A stretch of 49,560 bases of DNA, counting the filler, from Sphacelaria rigidula (lineage: Eukaryota), in assembly GCA_964200075.2 (NCBI GenBank). It is 3 parts of 3 records of this genome, joined end to end, with 100 filler letters (N's around TTAATTAATTAA, not from the genome) between each part and the next. Parts side by side here need not be neighbours in the genome. Positions count along the whole stretch, not along the records: positions 33,110 to 49,560 come from CAXNAA020001353.1; 2 more parts are not named here. One strand, given 5' to 3'. The translations under genes and the position numbers were made by a program. The notes beneath the pieces are model-generated. The model saw only the letters and a program-made list of their open reading frames with translations, was not told the origin of the DNA and searched no databases. Positions 36,931 to 47,000 of this stretch are shown here, one piece after another (position 1 is the stretch's first letter; each line of letters opens with the position of its first letter).

Positions 36931-37754
36931 CGCCATTTAGGTAACAAACTACAGAAAACTAGCAAACAGTTCCCGATCTGACTGGAACGATACCGAAATA
37001 TGATCTCCACGAACTCTTTTGTTAGTGCCAGGCCGGCGAAATTGGTCAAGTCGCAGAGCAACGCGAGGGCAAGCGCCATCGCGTGTAGTCAAGTACAGCA
37101 AACCGCCCGGACGAGCCTTCCACGAAGAGCTCCACCACTTTTTTTCTATTCTTATTACTCTATTGGGTTGGGGATGCAGCCAAGCAAATGCCACGTTGTT
37201 TATATCTGCTCGGGCCATCTCCTGTTGCGTACCATAATCAGAGTCGACCTTGATTCCAAACTTGTGTGGGCATCAATCGCTGATGTTTCTTATCTAGCTG
37301 TTCCCACTCTTTCTACGATAGCCTCCCCACAAAAAGTGGCTGATTTGGGGAGGCATAATCTACGCATGAATCGAAATGAAAGAAGCCGGGCACAGCGAGC
37401 AGCCGGGAATTCTCACGCTTAGGTTCGTTTTCGTCTATGTCGCCCATCTGAGGCGCTTCATGCAACCTGAAACCAAACGTCGGGGGCTGCATGACCATTT
37501 TCTTCGTGACAGTTTTGGGCTGTTTTTTTTTTCTTGGGGGGCGGGGCTATCCCAGAAAGTGTCTTCTTTATCTTGTTTCTCAGGTCTAGTACAATTTTTT
37601 ACGCGAGTTTTTTTTTTTTTTATTTTTTCGCGGGAAAGTGGGCTGATATTTCTCCCGAAAAAATATTTTTTATTCCGGGCGCCACCCCTGTACGCAACGA
37701 CAGGGGCTGGTGGTGCACGCTGTCGCGTCCAGAACACAAATGTGTTGTTCGTAC

Positions 37755-38092
37755 CTCTCTGTCGCGGAGAAACAGACCCTGTGCTCGGGCGACCGCTGCA
37801 GGGCATCCGATCATATCCAATTCGCTCAAGTTCTTGCGACCACCGCTCAGAGCAAACGCACGTATCGCTTTGCACCCGGCTGCCTGCAACTGCAAGTCTC
37901 GCGGGCGACGTCTGAGGGCCGACACCACACCCTCACACGCACCATGATTGCCAAGGTAGTCACATATCCTCTCGTCTGCCATTGCCATATTCGCCAATCC
38001 GGTTATAGCGTAGATCAATACTGCGAGATACATGCACGCGTGAGCGTGTAGGGTATTGAGCAGTGACTCTGAATCGTCAGAGAGATTGCGTG
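37755..38092 (-). CDS. Exon M, ARM repeats (…LGNHGACEGVVSALRRRPRDLQLQAAGCKAI…RDRE)
   Basis: Acceptor cattcag (phase 1), donor GAG|GTACGA. No downstream exon was found before the contig break at 33109. Confidence 0.83.
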
Positions 38093-41000
38093 CTGAATGA
38101 CAACGATGAATTCGCGACGTGGTGGGTGGCACGTGGTGTTATATATCGGACGAGGTCACGATGGGAACAAATCGGGTGAATTCGTCGTCTATACCAGACA
38201 TAGATGGCAAAACATCGGAATGGGACCATGAAAACGTCATGCGGGTCTACTATCTCGATTCTACAGTTCGATGAATTGATAAGTATCAGGCATTGCATCG
38301 TCACAGCATCCATCAGCACAGATACCCTTGGAAACATGGGAGGCGATGAACAGGCCATGGATATGGTTCTCACCATCCCTGTCAACCCTTTCCCTCTCGG
38401 CTAGGCCCCCTTCCCGTCCCCCTTCCGATTCTCTTCCGCGAGTTAGTCCAAAGTTTCTTTTTCTCGCTGTTGATGATTGCGTTGTAACGGTGCCCGAAGC
38501 GGCACCGATTCTCAACGGATTCCGCACCAGTTGTATGACCACGGGGGCAACACCTGCCCTCGTCATAGCGCGAGCGCCGCCAGCCACGAAGCTCAAGTTT
38601 TGCACTGTCAAAGATCCCTCACAGCGCACGCGGATGTCGTCCGGAAAGTTCTTCAAGGCTGATACGACCGCAACAGGCACGCCGTCTTTGTATCGGTGGA
38701 GGCGGCGACGATTATCAGCCCCGGAGGCAGACATCGCCGCAAGGGTAGCCAGTGCTGCTCGCTGGGTCGCAGCGTCTCCCGGGTTGCGCTTCATCATGCC
38801 AGCCAAAGCTTCCCCAGCACCCTCTTGCACAAGTCGGCGACGACCGTCCGACGATTCTGCCAGAAGCAGCGCACAAGCACACGCCTGGAACTGGATAGCG
38901 TGTGATTCTTCTGGGGTACAAACCCTCAGCTCACTATCCCCGCTGCCGTCTTCGTCATGCTGGACGCGCCGGCCCGACCCATCCTCACCGAAGGCACGAA
39001 GCGTTCGCACGACAGCCTCGGCAGCACCCGCCTGTGCCCACGCCAAGCACTCTTCCCCCCTGCCTATCATTGCACGCATTGTCGCCATCCCCCAGTGTTG
39101 GACGTCACCGTCATTTAGGTACAGCCCAAGCGCCCGGATGGTCGGAATGAGTGCGCTCGCTTCCCAAGCGGCAGCAACTCCCTTTGGTCCCGCCGTAGCA
39201 ACCTTCGCGAACGCCCGTAGCCCTTGCGCCTGCACAGGGGGGTTATGTGGAAATCTGTTGAGAGCTCGCGAAACCAGCGCAAGTACCTTCGCGTCCGCAA
39301 TTTTGTCGGTATTGCCCGAAGGATCGGCATCTTCCACGAGCGCTGCCGTAGCTGTCAATCCCCATCGCTGAAGTTGAGGATTGGACGGATGATATCGGAG
39401 GGCATCAGCGACGGCTTCGGCCGCCCCACCGTGACCAAGGGCCGTCCGATTGAAGCCGCTGAGCGCAGCCATGGCAGCAACAGCACGACATCCTTCTTCT
39501 GCTATGATTGACTTCACCGCAAACTCCTCCAACACTCTCGAGATCAGACGGCAGGCTCCAACTTCCCCGAGTAGGCGACGGTTTTCGCCGCTCACGGCAA
39601 GCTTAGCAACGGCGAGCAGTCCTGCCCTCGCAACCTCCAAATCGCCGGCACATGCACTTAGAGCGAGAATCACAGCCCGCGCTCCACCTTTTCGACCAAG
39701 ACTTGCAACGTATTTCGGCTGGCGACATGCAAGGGCCACGCTTCCCAGAGCGAGGCATCCAGCTTTCTGTAGTTGACTGTCGGAGGGCCGTTTGTACATG
39801 GCTGCAAAGAGGGCCCGGAGAGCCCCCGCCTTCACGAGTTCAATGCATCGGCTATGGGGTGCGTGCCCACCTGCCAGCTCTGCGATTCCTCGCGCTGCCC
39901 ACACCTGCGTTTCCATTTGCATACAATCAATACTGTCCTTGCCGTGCTCTGCCCGCGTCTCTGTTTGCAACTCCGGCGTCTTTCCCTTCACGGCAGGTAT
40001 CGGATTTTCTGCGTCGTCATTGTCGACTCCGCTGGTGCTACGACCCGATATTGCCACTGCTCTCGTGAACGCAGCGCAACCGCCCATGTTTGCTAGTTTG
40101 TCCTGGTTCAGGGTGCTTTTACGGCATAGAAGAGTCGCGGCCTTGCAGGCCATCAAAAGGACCGATATCTTCTCCTTTTGGCTGACGTTGCTGCCCGGTC
40201 CATACCCTACACCCTCCGATACCCAAGCGGGTGCAGTTACTGTGCGCAGCCACGCGGCAACAAATGCCATCGCTCCCAGGGAACCGAAACGATGGGCAAC
40301 AGCGGCGGACTCGACCGAACACAGCTCAATGCGGGCATCACTCGGGTCGGGAACGACGGATTGACTGTCGTCATACCGCCGTGCTTCGTCTGATGACACG
40401 CTATTGGGCACGCCACCGCCGTGTTCGGCAATGCCGACGATGGCTGCCAGGCCGGCTTTTCGCACGACGTTATCTTGCGGGAAGGCGTCGACCGTCTTCA
40501 TAATCTACAAACATGAAGGCAAGAAATGATTTTGAAAGGTGATTGCAAGGGATAATCAAGCAGAGCGGTAGTCGTGAGATTGATGAGGTTGCGACACCTT
40601 CTGTTCTCAATATGCCGCTGAGGTATACACGCGGTACTTTGACCACCGGTGAAGGCTTTGCGGCCATCGTTGTGGTTGTTATTTGACACAGCCCATCAAC
40701 CGTACCTGCTCGCAAATGCCGGAATCGACAAGTTTCTTGCCTGCCACTGGTCCTGCTCCCTGACACAAGGCCGCCGCCACTCTGAGACACCCAAGGCGCA
40801 AGTCGCGGTCCCGCGGGAACGTCTTGGCGCTTTTGCAAATGAGTTCGCACCCACCCGCGCCCATCAACTCTGACACTACCGATGGTGATGGCTGCTGTTG
40901 CCTTGCAATCATGCGGTTGTCGCGCGGCTCCACCCCAGTGGTTGCCGACGGCGGTGGCGGCAACATCTCAGGTTTCCCTCGTCGATCCAGTCTGGTTATT

Positions 41001-44000
41001 GTACTCGCTAATGTCTCGTCACGGTCATCACCGTCGCCACCCCCGCCACCCCCAGCCCCACCAGCCCCATCAGCCCCACCAGCCCCACTGCCACCAGCTT
41101 CATCCCCAACACCGACACCACCACCGCCTTCGCTCTTGCCACCGCAACGTTCGACAAGCTCCGCAATCGCGAGCACCGCGGGTAGTTGCACCTCGTGCTT
41201 CGTCGGCGACGCAGCTAGCACATGAACCAGAGCTGTCGCGCCGCCCACCATGCCCACGCACTGAGCTGCGGTATTTTCGCTTAGATACTGAGTGGCACCA
41301 GTATCACGCTCGGGCTTTGGGGTCGAGACAATGAGCGCCAGGACAGCGCGACTAGCCGCACTGTGGATCGTGCTATCCCGGACGAACATTCGGATACTCT
41401 CTACAACTCCTCGACACACCCCTTCGATCGGTTTTGAGGTGGGGGCGATGAAATCGCCTGGACTCGGTTCCTTGAATTTTAGGAGCACGGGAAAGAGAGG
41501 CAGGGATAGGTCGAGGAGTTGTTGCTCGACGAAAACCGTTCATTACGATCTGCTTATTACTTCTCCACTGGCATGTAAAGGAAGCGCACGAGGAACGAAA
41601 GGGGATGGTACAATACGCACAGAGTCAGCTTACTCCTCATGCGCATGCCTGCTCCCCTAATCTCAGTCCCTCCGTGCTCTGATGTGCAACAAAAGCTCAC
41701 GTTCGACCACGCGCCAGGCATGCTGGCAGCAACCGCCGCGAGTCTTTCGACTATTTCTAGGCATGGAATCTGGACTTCGTCTTTGCGGGCACCGGCACTC
41801 ATAGCCACAGTAACAGCGTATCCGGCGCCCGCCTTCACCAAGCGCCGTGCCAGTCCGGGTTCTTGCGCAAGGACCGCCAAAGCTTGACACGCCGCTTCCC
41901 TCACGCCATCCTCCATCAGTGACTCCCCGGAAGTCGGCCTTTCTGAAGAAGTGGACGTATCTCCGCCGTCACCAACGGCAGTACCACCATACCCAGCAGG
42001 ACTACCCTCGCCGTCGCCGTGTGTGCCACTCTCGTCTAGATCGCTCGCGGCCACTGAAACTAATTGCTCGCAGCACTCGGCAAGGCACCGCCGGGCCGGC
42101 ACGCCGCAGGTGATACCTAGCTCTACCACGAAGAGACAGCACAGGCGCTGTATCTTGCGGCTACGCGGGAAACATTTTCCAACCTGATGCATGGACACAA
42201 GCGCCGCAGCGTAGCGGCTCAGAAAAAAAACGCCAGCAGAACAAATTTCGAAGAGCAATAGAAGGCAGAGTAAAGTTTCCGTCTTCCAACGTTACGTATC
42301 TTCTCCTGGTCCAAAAGTGATATATTTGCGAGAAACAAATTGTTGGACTTCTGCCAAGAAAGTGGCCAACAACCCACCGCAAACCTGTGCAATGATTTTG
42401 CCCAATATTTTCTGGTGACATTCATGAATTGACGTTCAACCGGTATTGTGTCCCTGAGGTGGGGAAAAGTATCTCTAAACACACAGTCCAAGCGTTGTGT
42501 CTTTAAACGACGCATTCGCACCTCAGCGACCCTACGACAGGTTGTCGGAGTGTGGAGGACCTTCAGCAGGGGGAGCAGAGGAGCTGAAGATCCCATCTCG
42601 TATGTTCCTTCCTCGACCTTCGAGTGCGATTCCAGCGATGAGTGTAACGGCGACGTCAACGAAGGCGTTGATGATGAGGCATCCTCGCCTAAAGGGCTTT
42701 TGGTCACCGACGCGCACCCCCTGATCAACGACACGGTCAGCGTAAGTGCCTCAGTCATCAGCTCCTTATCCGCGGCCTCAAACATACGGAACAGCAATGT
42801 GACAGCGTTCACTCCACCGCGTTCCGCTATTTCTGCGGATATACTCTTCGGCGCCGTTGTCGCCCCCACGCTCTGCTCGCCGACGCCGGCACTGCTACTA
42901 CTACCGCTCGCGCCGCTGTGCTCAACGTTGAGGATGAAGCAGAGACGGTTCGCCAAGCGACAAGCGACGAGTTGTACGTCTCTAGTAGTCGCCCCACTTG
43001 TGGTCGATTTGACGCCTTGGATCTGTTGTGAACGCTTCTGACGTAGCTGCTGGAGCTTGGCTTCCACCTGCACGATACAGTATCATACCGATGACGTCAT
43101 TACGGCATCAACGGTTCACACGCCTTCGCTTCGGGAATCAAGGGTCTGCGAAGTACGATTCCGCGAAATGATGGCCGACCTAAAGTAGGTACGCTTTCCC
43201 CTCTGTGGTATGACGAGTTGTGTCCACCTCAACAGAAGTACCTTCCTTTGCTATTCTTCGGCCTGTACTATACGCCATCAGGAGAGGACTTGCCTCCGCG
43301 GTTTCTTGCAGCACATCCTGCTCCAAGCCGGCGGCTGCCACGAGGGCTCCTGCCTTTCCTGCAGGAAGAGTGAGCGCGACCTATCTCATAGTGTTTAGCA
43401 AGAGAAATGAACGTGGCCGCATTCACGTCAAGGAAATATAGATATGCACAAGGAGGAAACTGAGATTGGAAGAGGCAGGTGGATGAGGATTTTGCGTCAT
43501 CTGGCGTGGCAAGACCGAGCTCGCGAGACCGTACTCACGTCATAAGAATGGGAACGTTTCTCGCGCAACGTTTGTCGCCGTCTGCCGATAGAGTGGCGAT
43601 GCTACGGCTGCCAGTTTGCTCGAATTTTCTCTTCATCGGCGTATTGTTGGAGGAGGTGGGGCTGCTTCTGTGGATGCTCGCAGTGGACGCACATACTCTT
43701 ATTCCGTAATCAAGAGTCAAATTTGTCGGTATGCAATGTGCTTTCATTTGGCAGGTTTATGTATTTTTACATATTGAGCTATGGGACCTTAATCGATCCG
43801 CAGCGGGGTATCAAAACCATGGCTCGAGATAAAACGCCCCTAGTGCACTGAGAACGCCTTACACCCCGGAGGGGGGGAGGGGGATCGTTTGGGTATGTGC
43901 ATTCCTGCAGGTCCCAAGGGGATGAATTTTTCAGCCATAAATAGCACCACGGATTAGCGGGTGGGTAATCGGGCCTGTCCCAAGCATTTCAGGGTCTGTT

Positions 44001-47000
44001 TCCTACTCCCTGTGCTCTACTGGTTGGTGCCAAAGACAACATAATGTGTGACGGCGGGGACTCCCTAGTCATGTCCCCGAGGAATATCGTGCCTCTCCTC
44101 AAGCGGTACCGTTTTGTTTCTACCCGGGTGCATCCAGTCGCTCCTCGAAACGTTCTAGCTGTTGTTTTCTTCCGTCACCCCGTCACCCCATCACCCCGTC
44201 ATCGTTCTGAGGATTGTTCGCGGATTGGATACGTCCGTCCGTTGAAGTCATTTTCGGACATGACGACGTACCTTGGGTATCATTGTGTGCCTCTGACTGC
44301 CGAACGTCTCCGCCAAGGTGATGTAGAACGCCGCCGCAGTCACCTTTCCCTTGCGGTATGCCGCCGTCTGCTCTCGCAGTCTCTGTGCACGCTGTTTTTG
44401 CACTTCACTCTCCGCGATTCTTGCGTTCTCTATCTCCCGCCTGCGCAATAATGCGGAGTGGGAGTGGTCGAGAGTTCAACGACTATTTCGCGATGAAACG
44501 AAGGTAGCAACAACTACAAGCGAAAAGTTCCAGAGATGGGCTAACGACAACTTCGAAGTATTGTTATTTTCGTTCACAAAATCTCTGTCCTGCAAAGAGC
44601 CCGTCGTAGCTGAGGTTGTCGTTGATCCTTCAGACATGGAGAACGCGTATTTCCGGAAGGGAAACAGGAACAATTCTCGTGGTCTATCGTTTGACACAAG
44701 TAGCCTCAGCAGGAGAAACAATCGCCCGATGCCCATCAATCCATACGCTCAAACGCTGCTTCCTTCGAACGGGAATATGTAACGTAGGAAGAGGTGACGT
44801 CCCTGAATGCGCACCGTGACTCGCATGAGTAAACCAATCCAGGGGTGACGGACAACAGGGGTTCCTTCTCACGCACGCGCAAGCGACACCTTGTCTTGAG
44901 CACCCTCACCTGGCGTTCCTAGCTTTAGAGCCCTTATTCGATGCTTGGGCCCCATCTGACGGCGCAGACGTTGACCGGTCGACTGCGGATGTAGCATTTC
45001 CCCATGCTCCGGGACCCCCTAAACTCTTTGGTAGGTACTGCGGTATTGGAAGATTCTTCCTGGTGACGCACCTTCCGACGGATGGGCGGATGAATAATGC
45101 AAGTGACGGCGCGGTAGATGAAGGGTATCAAAATATGTAGGACCCCAGTGAGGCAGCAAAACGTAACATTCTGCATCATTTCGAGCGCTGATTTGAGCAA
45201 GGCGTTAAGAAAGCGAGAGCGATTTGTTGAACAGGGTATTTTGACGAATCAGGCGTCCAGAACATCTTGTGTGCTTCGCATTGTATTGCCGCTCCTGTTT
45301 CGTTGCGGTATCACCTGATGAGATGCATGGCGTTGGCCCACTCCATTGGATCTAGCTCTCCATCGTGGTCGGCATCCGCCAAGTCCCACACCGCTGCGAG
45401 CTGTTCGCGCGTTAGACCGCTCTTGGTGAGCAGCTCCACAGCTTCCTGGCCACTCACCTTGCCATTATCATCGCTATCGATCTAAACAGACATTCCATTC
45501 CAATGATCGTAAACGGGAAGAAAAACAATAATGCGGCCCGAAAACGGTGATCAGAGGATGCAAACACACCTTCAGCTGCACGTGAAACGCGTCTTCCGGC
45601 TGGGTATGCGAAACTCTACTTAGTTGTGGCCATCTCTGCAAGTGAGTCGTATATTTTCTCTGCCAATGGCGATTGTTTCTTCACCAGCCCCTCTCCCGAT
45701 TTCCGCCGAACTGCGGTAGTATGCCGTTCATGCCCACCTGCATGAAAACCACGTCGTACCGTCCCCGCTCCGCTGTGGTCATCGTGTACGAGTCGTCCGA
45801 TACCTGTTCTTGCCGAACAACACCGTTCGCTCGCTTTTTGTCTCTTCTCTTCTTGATTTTCTCTCTAGTTCCGCCGTCTTCTGATGCCACGTGGCCGTCA
45901 TCCCACACCGCCTTCGTCTTCCCGATCGGATCTACCTGCTTCGGGTTGCCAGGTTCTTCCGAAATGTTTTTCTTCACAATGGACGCCGTGACTGCGCTTG
46001 ATGCGGCACCATTTTGACCGCCGTTGTCTTCAATATCCCGCCCGGGCGTCTCTTTGACCGGTGGCGGTGCTTTTGCTGCTTCAGTCGCACCTCCTCCGCC
46101 TGCTGGTGAAGCCGTAGCCCGTGATGTCGCTTCAGCCGTGCTGCCGCCGGCGGCAGAACGATTATTCCGTTTCTTGGACTTCTTCTCTCCACTTACGGCG
46201 GGTTCGGCCGGTGACACCGCTACCTTTGCTTTGGTGCGACGCCCTTTGGCCTTCACTCGAGACCGATCATTCCGCGCGGAATCTCTACTCGTGGGCCCTC
46301 CAGCTGCACTATCACTTTCAGTCGCACTTCGTCCGGCAAGAGAGAGACATTCTGGCAGGGCACTCGGCAGCGGAAGTTTCTTCTTCCCAGCAACACACGA
46401 GGCGAGGTGTACTGCCACCGCAAACTCGTGTCTCGACAGTCGCCCGTCTCCATCAGCGTCAGCCATTGTCCACACACGACTGAGGTCCCCCTTGTCCAGA
46501 CCGGACTTGGCCAAAACGGCGGCAGCCTTTCGACTCGGACACACGGGGAGGAGTTACGGCAACTCAGAATGATCACGTGAAACCAAAGTACGAACATTTC
46601 ACCAGACCCTCCTTGCGGGTCAGAAAAGCTTGCTTGTGCCACACACTGGTTTGTGCCATCACTGAAGGAGAAGAATAGCACGCCGTGGATCGGGTAGTCA
46701 GAGATACGCGGTTAGAAAATCAAGTTCACGCGTATGCCGGATAATCTTGAGATTTACCCATACTGCGTATCCGATCTTGCTGAAGGAAGCACAGACGCCG
46801 CTTACCTCCTTTCCGCCGATGTGATCGGAAGGGCCGAAACCCAATGAGCAGAACGCTTTTTCATGCTGCGCCTTTTCCTGTTCACTCATTTGGTACCTCA
46901 GATCTCCTTCCACCACATTACCCTTTTTGCCGGGCGTTTCCGTGCATGTCGACTCAAGCGCTTCTTGTGCTGAACTCCCCCGTGCTTTTGTGTGCTTCGG

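Noticed and set aside
38328-39371. 347-aa plus-strand ORF and other long plus-strand ORFs at 39450-48857
   Set aside because: They are antisense shadows of the GC-rich minus-strand exons (S/A/R/P-rich, no motifs).
44476-44739. Additional exon of the EH-ARM gene (also 43535-43747)
   Set aside because: The flanking exons already join in phase and I found no convincing splice-site pair. It cannot be fully excluded without RNA data.
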